Part shown: positions 41,704 through 50,518 of the stretch, one piece after another
How the letters are laid out: every line of letters begins with the position of its first letter
How positions within the stretch are numbered: position 1 is the stretch's first letter
IMG/VR virus record: IMGVR_UViG_3300023273_000760
Location: 34,708 to 98,707 of that record
Source: a virus
Direction: 5' to 3' (one strand)
DNA length: 64,000 bases
Position numbers and translations under genes: made by a program
Notes under the pieces: model-generated
Told to the model about the DNA's origin: nothing
What the model saw: only the letters and a program-made list of their open reading frames with translations
The model's database searches: none

Positions 41704-42999
41704 ATGAAACAAGAAACATTATCAGAAGCAATAAAAAAAGCCAACCTTGGCGACAAGGTAATGGACGATAATGCTATGTGTGCAATGAAATGGATTCATT
41801 GTTATGTGCACCTCAGCGAAGGTATTGTAAAGAATTGCCACAACGTACCACAACGTTTTATCACACAAGAAGAACTAGACAAGTATGGTAAAGATGTGTT
41901 TATGAAACATCCATACGAACTAGAGCGTAGACAAGAAAAACTAGACAACATAAGACATAAAGATTGTAGTGCTTGTTGGCGCAACGAAAAACGCGGAGTA
42001 AGAAGTCCAAGATTACCCGGAAAGTATTTTGAGTTTCATCGTGAGCGTTTTGAAAATCCTGCAGATATATTAGAACCGTTACCTAGTCAACTTGAAGTAT
42101 ATTTTAATAACACTTGTGATTTAAAATGTCAATATTGTAACGATGTTTTTAGCAGTCAGTGGGAAGTTGAGAATCGTAAGTTTGAAGTAGCACCAAGACA
42201 AAAACATACAGCACCAGATGGCTTTGCAGATACATTTTATGAATGGTTAGATGATGCTGTTGACAACGTGTTACAATATTATATTTTAGGTGGAGAGCCT
42301 TTAATACAAAATGAATTGTATGATTATCTTGATAGACTAATTGAATTATTTAGAAAGAAATCAAACAAGTTTAATATTAAACCTGTTATTATTTTAATTA
42401 GCAACGGCAACACTCCAGAAGCATACCTAAACAAGTGGTTTGAAAAGGCTACTGAGTTAGAAAAATATGCCAGTGTTCAAATGGATATTAGTATGGAAAG
42501 TTACGGAGAAAAAGCAGAATTTATTCGTACTGGCTTAAACTGGAATAGATTTGCCAGTAATGTAAAACGTATTATGGAGTTTGCAAAAGGTAAAGATTTT
42601 AGATTAAGGTTTAGTACAACTCACAGTGCTTTAAGTATTACAAGTTGTTTAGATTTTTTACAATGGTTAAAACAATTAAAAGAAGAAACAGGATGCGATG
42701 TTGATTTAATTAGAAGCAATGTTTCATATCCAGTGCAACTAGCACCGTGGATGCTAACAAAAGAATTTAAACCTTACATTAATGACATTGTTAAATGGAT
42801 TAATAAACAAGCACCTGAATGGAATTACTATGCTGACTTTATGAAAACAATTAAAAAGAGTTTTGGAAAACATTCAAACTCAGATAAGATTGAAGTTGTT
42901 AAATGGGTAGAGCGTACAAAGATAAGACGTAACTTAGATTTAGTAGAAACATTCCCTGAACTAGAATCGTGGTATAAGTATTGTCAAAATCACCGCTGA
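41704..42999 (+). CDS. Radical SAM protein with N-terminal Cys domain (paralogue of 19755)
   Basis: CAMKW..NCH..CSACW; CDLKCQYC; LGGEP. Confidence 0.9.
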   Translation: MKQETLSEAIKKANLGDKVMDDNAMCAMKWIHCYVHLSEGIVKNCHNVPQRFITQEELDKYGKDVFMKHPYELERRQEKLDNIRHKDCSACWRNEKRGVRSPRLPGKYFEFHRERFENPADILEPLPSQLEVYFNNTCDLKCQYCNDVFSSQWEVENRKFEVAPRQKHTAPDGFADTFYEWLDDAVDNVLQYYILGGEPLIQNELYDYLDRLIELFRKKSNKFNIKPVIILISNGNTPEAYLNKWFEKATELEKYASVQMDISMESYGEKAEFIRTGLNWNRFASNVKRIMEFAKGKDFRLRFSTTHSALSITSCLDFLQWLKQLKEETGCDVDLIRSNVSYPVQLAPWMLTKEFKPYINDIVKWINKQAPEWNYYADFMKTIKKSFGKHSNSDKIEVVKWVERTKIRRNLDLVETFPELESWYKYCQNHR

Positions 43000-43005
43000 T
43001 AAATA
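42998..43005 (+). promoter_or_regulatory. Late-type box GATAAATA
   Basis: 10 nt upstream of ATG 43016. Confidence 0.45.
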
Positions 43006-43015
43006 TAGGTACAAC

Positions 43016-43795
43016 ATGAAGTACATATCAAATTACAACCCAACACTAATTACACCACAATTCGTAGATGGACTAGAATATGACATTATTGAACTTCCGT
43101 GGAAACTAGACGTAGATAAACTACAGGAGTGGTACAGAAAAGTAGACAGTACATATGACAACTTATATTTTAGTTGGCGTAAAGAGCAATATCTTAAAGA
43201 CAAGTATCATTTAAAAAATATTGAAACAGCATTTGCTGGTGAAGTAGGAACTGAAGGTAGAGGTGTACACGATGAAGGGTATCATATTGTGCGTTACATT
43301 AAAGAACAGTTTAAACACCCAGAAGAAATACTTGTAATGGAAGTTAGTTGGCCTGTTGAAAAAGAAATTCCATGTCCGCCTAAATGGGCAGGCAGAGAAG
43401 ATTTATATCCTGAACTTTCTACTAATGCACCTAAACGTGTGCAAGAAAAATTTAAGTTTGGGTATTTTAAAGAACTAGTAGAATACTTTGGAGAAGATAT
43501 TTTGCGTGATGTTAGTATTAGGAAACATCAACCAAATGCAGTATTAGGAAAGCATATAGATGGTCCTAATGTACAGAGATTACATATTCCTGTGACTACC
43601 GGCGAAGGTGCTATATTTGCATACGGAGAAAACTTGGAAAGAGAATATAACTTACAGTTAGGTAAAGCATATATTATTAACGCCGCAGTGCCACACGGTA
43701 CATTTAATCGTAGCGGTATTGATCGCAGTCATTTACAAAGCAAGCCACATACAGATGCTATTGTTAGAATGTGTAATATGGAGATAGTGCTTTGA
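43016..43795 (+). CDS. Asp/Asn beta-hydroxylase-like Fe/2OG dioxygenase
   Basis: KHID..RLHIPV..GKAYIIN..PHGT.N..RSH. Confidence 0.75.
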   Translation: MKYISNYNPTLITPQFVDGLEYDIIELPWKLDVDKLQEWYRKVDSTYDNLYFSWRKEQYLKDKYHLKNIETAFAGEVGTEGRGVHDEGYHIVRYIKEQFKHPEEILVMEVSWPVEKEIPCPPKWAGREDLYPELSTNAPKRVQEKFKFGYFKELVEYFGEDILRDVSIRKHQPNAVLGKHIDGPNVQRLHIPVTTGEGAIFAYGENLEREYNLQLGKAYIINAAVPHGTFNRSGIDRSHLQSKPHTDAIVRMCNMEIVL

Positions 43796-44487
43796 AAGAA
43801 CTAGAACAGTACTGGCAAGAAAACAACAAGGAATACGAATTTAAGTATCCAGAGCAGTTCGATCCTAAATGGATTGTAATGGAAAGTGGCTGGCCTTTTT
43901 TTAAATTAAGTGCATTAGACAATCAACCTTGGAAAGAGATGCACATTGAGGCAGAAGCGTTACTTGAATATTTTAAAGATCACAGAACTGACTATGGAGA
44001 AGGTTGGAAGAGTCTTACACTACACGGACTTAGTGAAGATACACAAACACTAAACAGTTATGGCGATCGTGCTGAAACTATCAAACAGTTGGACTGGACT
44101 TGGGTAGCAGAACAATGCCCTGTAACTAAAAAGTTTTTAACAGATGTGTGGCCTGCAGAGTTTTTAAATCGTGTGCGTTTTATGTTACTAGAGCCGGGTG
44201 GATATATACTTCCGCATCAAGATAGAGCCGATGAGGAAAAACGTTTAAGTGTTTGTAACATCAGTTTAAACAATCCAGAAGGTTGCGAGTTTGTAATGAA
44301 AAATCAAGGGCGTGTACCGTTTGAAGATAAAGGCAGTGCGTTCTTAATGGATATTTCAAATGTACACAGTGTATGGAATCGCAGTGATGAGCCTCGTATT
44401 CATATGATTATTCATTATGAACTAGGTAAACGTATTCGCGACTTTTTCTATGTGCTAAGACAAAGTTATTATACTAATAGAGGTTAA
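43792..44487 (+). CDS. Asp/Asn beta-hydroxylase-like Fe/2OG dioxygenase
   Basis: RVRFMLLEPGGYILPHQD..HSVWN...RIHMI. Confidence 0.8.
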   Translation: MKELEQYWQENNKEYEFKYPEQFDPKWIVMESGWPFFKLSALDNQPWKEMHIEAEALLEYFKDHRTDYGEGWKSLTLHGLSEDTQTLNSYGDRAETIKQLDWTWVAEQCPVTKKFLTDVWPAEFLNRVRFMLLEPGGYILPHQDRADEEKRLSVCNISLNNPEGCEFVMKNQGRVPFEDKGSAFLMDISNVHSVWNRSDEPRIHMIIHYELGKRIRDFFYVLRQSYYTNRG

Positions 44488-44488
44488 C

Positions 44489-45958
44489 GTGAAAGATTGG
44501 AATAGTATTACCGTAGATAGATATTGGGAACAAATTAAAGTACCCAATGATGTTGCTATTGGCATATTAGATATCTCACGCGATATTGATAGTCGTACTG
44601 TTGCTAAACGCAGTTTTGATATGACTTACTTTTATGTTAATCGTATGATTAAAATGGGTATGTGTACTTTTGTTGGGTTTGAAAAACGTGTAGAAACTAT
44701 ATTAGAAAATGCTCTAGCAAAAAACAAAAAGTATTGTATGGTTGCTTGTCAAGGTTTATTGTTATATAGAGGTCCTAGTTTAATTACACAGAGCCTACAT
44801 TATGCAGACAACAATCCAAACTTTTTTGTTGTAGGGCATATTATGGACAAAACAAAACAGCACTATCTAACTAAAGGTGCTTATCCAGGTTTACACAGAC
44901 AATATCTATTTGTTAATTTAGAAACTTGGAAACAGTTAGGTAAACCAGCCTTTGATGAAATGGGAATATTCAAAGATAGAAAACCTGTACTACAAAATTA
45001 TCAATTAAGCAATGAAACTGTACACAGTGATTATACGCCTGATTGGATACAAGGTACGCAAGGTGAAACAGAATATCAAATAACTTCTGATGGAAGTAAC
45101 TGGATTGATATTGCTTGTCGTAACGGAATACGTATTGATAACTTAGATAATGATATGCGTGACTGTAAAGTATTTCTATATCCTTATAGCGATACAAAAG
45201 AGTTAGAGGAAGTATGGTATGATAAAGACATTAACAAAATTGATAAACTTTCTAACCAATCGCAAAAAGCCTGGCTTAGAAAACTACAGTACCAAGAGTA
45301 CATTGAAAAAGACAGAGTGTATGCGTTTAACACAGAAACACTATCTGCTGAAGGAGTAAGAACAAATGGAAAAGTTATAGATCATTTGTTTACTGCCGCG
45401 GCAGGTTTTAAACCTCTTGCTATATTAAATGCTAACGGGTTTCACAATAGTACAACAGTACATTATTTTGATTGGTGCAAATCAAGTTTAAACTATAAAA
45501 AGCATTTATTAGAAACTTGGGACGGTTATGATTTAGATAAATGGTTATTAGAACACGACTTAGATTATAACTTTAGTTCTACATATAGAGGAAACTATAA
45601 ACAGTTTTGGGAACAAGAATTAAAAGACTTTGGTGGTAGTTTAGCATTTCAAAGACTCTGGGAAAGATACAAAAAATTAAAACATGAATTTCATGTTATT
45701 GATATTGTAAACGAAAGCGATAAACTGTTTGATGAAATTAACAAAACACACGGTACAAAGGTATTATGGACTACTAACATTTGGAGTAGTGAAATGTTAC
45801 ACTGGAATGTTGAGCCAGAAGTAATAGAACAAAAGTGGTTAGAGTTTGAAAAGCGTGTACCAGATGATTTAGTTTTATATGGACATGATTACGTAGCAGT
45901 TGATATGAACACAAGATTAAGGAGTGGTGTAAAACTAACACACTTGCATTATGATTAA
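44489..45958 (+). CDS. Hypothetical two-domain protein (possibly GT-like N-terminus, Rossmann/methyltransferase-like C-terminus)
   Basis: 489 aa ORF; weak motifs only (VGHIMD, LHRQYLFVNL, TAAAGFK..VHYFD). Confidence 0.4.
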   Translation: MKDWNSITVDRYWEQIKVPNDVAIGILDISRDIDSRTVAKRSFDMTYFYVNRMIKMGMCTFVGFEKRVETILENALAKNKKYCMVACQGLLLYRGPSLITQSLHYADNNPNFFVVGHIMDKTKQHYLTKGAYPGLHRQYLFVNLETWKQLGKPAFDEMGIFKDRKPVLQNYQLSNETVHSDYTPDWIQGTQGETEYQITSDGSNWIDIACRNGIRIDNLDNDMRDCKVFLYPYSDTKELEEVWYDKDINKIDKLSNQSQKAWLRKLQYQEYIEKDRVYAFNTETLSAEGVRTNGKVIDHLFTAAAGFKPLAILNANGFHNSTTVHYFDWCKSSLNYKKHLLETWDGYDLDKWLLEHDLDYNFSSTYRGNYKQFWEQELKDFGGSLAFQRLWERYKKLKHEFHVIDIVNESDKLFDEINKTHGTKVLWTTNIWSSEMLHWNVEPEVIEQKWLEFEKRVPDDLVLYGHDYVAVDMNTRLRSGVKLTHLHYD

Positions 45959-47027
45959 AACAGTTACATATTCTAAACAAGGTATACTAGACTATGTTAA
46001 AAATATTGACATAGCAAATACACCTGACTATTTTATAAGTGTGTCAACAAGTCACGGACCAGAAAGTTTTCGTTTATTTGAAGGTGCGTATCATAATGTT
46101 ATTAGTTTGTTTTTTGATGATGTAGAAGTAGATTGTTGGAAAGACATAGAAGATGGCAGACGTGTTTGGTGTAATGCTATGACAGAACAGCAAGCCACAG
46201 AACTGTTAAGTTTTATTAACAGTATTCCAAATGACACAACAGTACATATTAATTGTAGTGAAGGACAGTCCCGCTCACCCGCTATTGCACAGTTTATTAA
46301 TGAACATAGAAACAATGTAAAAGAAAATAATCCTCTAGTTAATCAACACGTATTAAAACTATTACAGGAAGCAACAGGGTATAAACGTTATATTGAAAAA
46401 CATGACGAAGTAAAGTTAGGTTGGAAAATTAAAAAATGGTTCCCAGTTGATATTAATAAAATACAAAATTGGTATTATAGTTTAGAAGAAAGATACAGTG
46501 ATTGGAAATTTATTGTAGGAGAAAATCATCATATATGGAAATTTCCTATTACAGACCCAGAAGGCAAAACAGGACATCGCTTAATGGATGATACAGCATA
46601 TTATACACTTTGTTGGAATAGTGATGAGCCAGGCCCTAAGCCATTTGAACAAGGGTGTGCTAAAGACGAATATAAAGATAATGATGATGACAATCTAAAT
46701 CCTCGTATGTGCTTTGACGGTTATGCTTTAGACATTGTACAAGGTTTACCTGTACGTAGTAAAAAATGGTTAGTAACTATTCACACTCCGGGTACTAAAC
46801 TAATTACACATCAAGACGCACCAGACAAGATTAGAGTACATATTCCTATACACACAAATAATAATAGTAATTGGATAATTGACGGTGAAGAATATCATAT
46901 GGAACCCGGCTGGGCATATCTTGTTAATACAACAGTTCCACACAGTGTAGAGAACAAAGGGTCTACTGATAGAATACATTTATATGGTAAAGTATGGACA
47001 GAAGATGTAAGGAAGTTAAACTTATGA
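45951..47027 (+). CDS. Fusion: Cys-based (PTP/DSP-like) phosphatase + Asp/Asn beta-hydroxylase-like dioxygenase
   Basis: N-terminal LFFDD and VHINCSEGQSRS (CX5R); C-terminal HQD..RVHIP..PHSVEN..RIH. Confidence 0.75.
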   Translation: MIKTVTYSKQGILDYVKNIDIANTPDYFISVSTSHGPESFRLFEGAYHNVISLFFDDVEVDCWKDIEDGRRVWCNAMTEQQATELLSFINSIPNDTTVHINCSEGQSRSPAIAQFINEHRNNVKENNPLVNQHVLKLLQEATGYKRYIEKHDEVKLGWKIKKWFPVDINKIQNWYYSLEERYSDWKFIVGENHHIWKFPITDPEGKTGHRLMDDTAYYTLCWNSDEPGPKPFEQGCAKDEYKDNDDDNLNPRMCFDGYALDIVQGLPVRSKKWLVTIHTPGTKLITHQDAPDKIRVHIPIHTNNNSNWIIDGEEYHMEPGWAYLVNTTVPHSVENKGSTDRIHLYGKVWTEDVRKLNL

Positions 47028-47638
47028 AAGTTGTAATTACTGGAGGTAGAGATAGCGGAATTAAACCTGGTGTACATACTATGAACAGTTGGTTACATGA
47101 TTACTTTAGTGAAGGTAATGAAGTAATACAATTGAGTAGAGAAACAGGATATGATTTTGATAAAGACTACGACAAGTGTGTTGAGATAGCAAGAACAGCA
47201 GATATATTTGTCAATAGTGCTTGTGTTAACGATTATCAAATTCGCTTCTTAAATGACGTTTACGGTTATGTTCCCTACTTATTAACTATTGGAAGTATTG
47301 CAGGTGAATTCTTAGAAGTTCCTCAAGGATATGATAATCATCCTAACTATGTTGAAGTTAAGAATAAATTAAAGCAACGTTGTAAATGGATCCAACTAGA
47401 ACAAATGGATAATCAAACAACTAAATTATTACATTTGAATATTACAGAAACACGTGATCCTAAGTATAATATTATAGGATTAGAAAAAACAGATTTAAAT
47501 AAGGTACTAGACTTTTGGTTTGAGAATCCTATTATGTCAAATATTGATATGAGATTCTTTACAGAAAGTTATCATAAAGAATATAAACGCAATAAAGTAC
47601 AAAGGATTATAGATCACTACAATGATAAGAGAAGTTAA
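47024..47638 (+). CDS. Short-chain dehydrogenase/reductase-like protein
   Basis: MKVVITGG, DIFVNSA, IGS and YVEVK (YxxxK). Confidence 0.65.
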   Translation: MKVVITGGRDSGIKPGVHTMNSWLHDYFSEGNEVIQLSRETGYDFDKDYDKCVEIARTADIFVNSACVNDYQIRFLNDVYGYVPYLLTIGSIAGEFLEVPQGYDNHPNYVEVKNKLKQRCKWIQLEQMDNQTTKLLHLNITETRDPKYNIIGLEKTDLNKVLDFWFENPIMSNIDMRFFTESYHKEYKRNKVQRIIDHYNDKRS

Positions 47639-48212
47639 AACACTTAACACAACAGTTGACATTAATGAATTGCAAGACTACTATAAGCAATTAGTAAATA
47701 GTCACCAAGACTTGTGTTGGAGATATAAAGATAATGTTAGTGAAGGCGTTGGCGGACACGTACTTGACAATGCTTATGGTTGGGCATTACAAAGTAATCT
47801 TGATGATTTAACATTACCTTGTCCTCCGTACAATGTTACTGAAGAACGCAAAATGCATCCTTATAAAGATACTAAATTAATGTTTGGCATTGCTCGTAAA
47901 TTACAAGATGCGTTTCCATTTGCACATCAGTTTAGTGTAGTTGTACACCCTCCAGGAACTTTTATTAACTTTCATAGCGATAGCGATAATTATTTAAAAG
48001 TACATATTCCTATTGAAACTAATAGCAAAGCATATTTTCAATTTCAACCAATGCGTAGATTTGTTTTGCCAGCAGACGGAAGTATGATTCTAGTAAATAC
48101 TAATATCAAACACGGTACATACAACGAAGGTGATACAGATAGAGTACACTTATTTTTTAAGATACCTATTGATAAAGAGAATGAAGTAGTAGGAATGGAA
48201 GGTAAGATATGA
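47622..48212 (+). CDS. Asp/Asn beta-hydroxylase-like Fe/2OG dioxygenase
   Basis: HSD..KVHIPI..KHGTYN..RVHL. Confidence 0.75.
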   Translation: MIREVKTLNTTVDINELQDYYKQLVNSHQDLCWRYKDNVSEGVGGHVLDNAYGWALQSNLDDLTLPCPPYNVTEERKMHPYKDTKLMFGIARKLQDAFPFAHQFSVVVHPPGTFINFHSDSDNYLKVHIPIETNSKAYFQFQPMRRFVLPADGSMILVNTNIKHGTYNEGDTDRVHLFFKIPIDKENEVVGMEGKI

Positions 48213-48916
48213 GAGTAATACAAAATTACGATCCTAAAGATATTACAATGGATTTATTGTATAATGACGACTCGTGGGGTGCTATTGAATTAAATGTCAA
48301 ACTAGATGTTTATGAATTGCAATCTTATTATAATACTATACAACAAGAACACAACTATCAATATTTTGACTTTCAAAACTTTCCTGAGCGGTTAACTATT
48401 GAAGTTAGTAAGCAGTATATGGAATTAGGTTACTGTGGATACTATTGCGGACCAATTAGCGGATATACTCTTGCTTGGCCTAAAGAAAGATACGAACCAC
48501 TGCCGCCACCTAGTCAAGCAAATGTAGATATGTTTCCTGAAACACTCGATCCAGAGTTTTATGAAAAGTGTAACGTGTTACCTCGTTTTAGATTTGGCTA
48601 TATGAATACACTAATTGATATGTTAGGTGAAGACAGTTTTAAGCAGTGCATTATTACAGAACACGGACCTAGTGCAACTATTCAAACACATAAAGATTCA
48701 AATGCTAAGAAGTTACACATACCACTAAGAACAAATTCACAAGCGGTGTTTACCTTTGGTGAAAACAGAGAATTAAAATTTAATATGCGTGTAGGTAAAG
48801 TATACATTCTAAACACCAGTGCTTTTCACGGTACTGAAAATTTTGGTGATACTCCTAGAGCACATTTTATTACTCGTGTTGACGAAACAAAAATACAGGA
48901 TATAATTGCTTTATGA
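48209..48916 (+). CDS. Asp/Asn beta-hydroxylase-like Fe/2OG dioxygenase
   Basis: HKD..KLHIPL..GKVYILN..FHGTEN..RAH. Confidence 0.75.
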   Translation: MRVIQNYDPKDITMDLLYNDDSWGAIELNVKLDVYELQSYYNTIQQEHNYQYFDFQNFPERLTIEVSKQYMELGYCGYYCGPISGYTLAWPKERYEPLPPPSQANVDMFPETLDPEFYEKCNVLPRFRFGYMNTLIDMLGEDSFKQCIITEHGPSATIQTHKDSNAKKLHIPLRTNSQAVFTFGENRELKFNMRVGKVYILNTSAFHGTENFGDTPRAHFITRVDETKIQDIIAL

Positions 48917-50013
48917 ATGTAACTATTGTAGGCGGCGGAACAGCAGGTTGGATGACAGCCGCATATCTTTCTAAAAAAACTGATTGGAATATTACAGTTA
49001 TTCAAAGTCAAGATATACCTATTATAGGTGTAGGCGAAAGCACACTTCCAAGTATGTATGACTTTATTCAAGAGTGTGGTTTAACAGAACAAGATTTATT
49101 TGATAACTGTGATGCTGTCCGTAAGTACACAATAAAACATAAAAACTGGCACGGCGAAAGTTGGTTCCATCACTTTTGTTTTAATGAAGCAGAACACGAT
49201 GAACAAATGCGTTGGATGGAAAACTATGAGTTACCAGATAAAAAATGGCGCCATGCTTATCACATAGATGCAAATAAACTTGGTATTATGTTGCGTGACA
49301 AAGTAGCATTACTAAATGGTGTTAAATTAGAAACACGTACACTAGAAACTATTGACGATTTACAAGCAGATTTAATTATTAATTGTACAGGGTTTAATAA
49401 ACTATTTCCTAAAAAAGAATATGTAAAAACACGTCTTAAAAACAACTGTGCAGTAGTAGCACCTAGTTACGATAAAGAATTAAAATATTACACAGAAACA
49501 ACTGCTATGAGTAACGGGTGGATGTGGAATATTTACTTACAAAATCGTATTGGTAATGGATATGTCTTTAGTACAGAACATCAAACAGTTGAAGATGCTA
49601 AACGTGAATTTATTGAAACGTGTCCTTATACTCTTGAACTAGATAAAATGCGAGTAATACATTGGGAAAGCAAATACTGTTTAACTCCGTATCAAGATAA
49701 TATTTTAAGTATTGGATTAAGTGCCGGATTTATAGAGCCTTTAGAAGCACAAGCAATTTGGTTAATACAATATCAAATCGAAATGCTAGTAAAATTATAC
49801 GGCAAACAAAAAGTTTACAATAGACAATGGATTAAAGTTGTAAAGCATATTGAAGATTTTCTTGCATTGCACTACGAAGCAACAAGTAAAGACACACCCT
49901 ATTGGCAAAATCAAGTAAAAGAAATTAAGATTAAAAAGAAACCGTTTACTATCTTTGATGAATATAGTTTTAGGTGTTTAGCCAACGGTTACGCTCTTCC
50001 TCATACTTCTTAA
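48913..50013 (+). CDS. Flavin-dependent halogenase (tryptophan halogenase family)
   Basis: GGGTAG, IGVGEST, Lys in DAVRKYTI, GWMWNI (WxWxI), GFIEPLEA. Confidence 0.85.
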   Translation: MNVTIVGGGTAGWMTAAYLSKKTDWNITVIQSQDIPIIGVGESTLPSMYDFIQECGLTEQDLFDNCDAVRKYTIKHKNWHGESWFHHFCFNEAEHDEQMRWMENYELPDKKWRHAYHIDANKLGIMLRDKVALLNGVKLETRTLETIDDLQADLIINCTGFNKLFPKKEYVKTRLKNNCAVVAPSYDKELKYYTETTAMSNGWMWNIYLQNRIGNGYVFSTEHQTVEDAKREFIETCPYTLELDKMRVIHWESKYCLTPYQDNILSIGLSAGFIEPLEAQAIWLIQYQIEMLVKLYGKQKVYNRQWIKVVKHIEDFLALHYEATSKDTPYWQNQVKEIKIKKKPFTIFDEYSFRCLANGYALPHTS

Positions 50014-50518
50014 CATCAATTCTCCATATTCTTTGGGGAACATAAAACAGCATAGCACTTTGCTCTAATTTCCAAATGCCAGTCTTTGCTAACATAGGCA
50101 TCATAGTATCGTTCATGCGTTTACTTTTACCACCGTCGTTGTTGATGTTAGTTGTAATGTAAAGTTCGGCATCTGGGTTTTGTCTAGTTGCCCAAGTAAT
50201 TTGTAATGGCAACAAATGACTTAAATGTATTCCTGTTTTAAATATATTACGTCCAACACCTAGTGTGTAGCCTGGCAACTGTGCGCCTCTAAATAAAAGT
50301 CTATAAGCATTAGGAGATACTTCTGGTAATTTGTGTGCACCAGCAATACTAACAATTTTATCTCCATCAAATGCCGCACACCAAAAAGGACACCAGTCCC
50401 ATTTCATTTTTTCTAATGATGTGTTATTACTGAAGTCTTGAGAATTACAAAATTCTTCTACTGCGGGTTTGTCATTATTAGTTAATGCTCTAAACTTTAG
50501 TTTTCCAAGTTTGTCCAT
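49970..50518 (-). CDS. Putative GNAT-like protein
   Basis: FWCAAFDGDKIVSIAGA and RLLFRGAQLPGY strands resemble a GNAT core; weak. Confidence 0.4.
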   Translation of the reverse strand: MDKLGKLKFRALTNNDKPAVEEFCNSQDFSNNTSLEKMKWDWCPFWCAAFDGDKIVSIAGAHKLPEVSPNAYRLLFRGAQLPGYTLGVGRNIFKTGIHLSHLLPLQITWATRQNPDAELYITTNINNDGGKSKRMNDTMMPMLAKTGIWKLEQSAMLFYVPQRIWRIDVKKYEEERNRWLNT

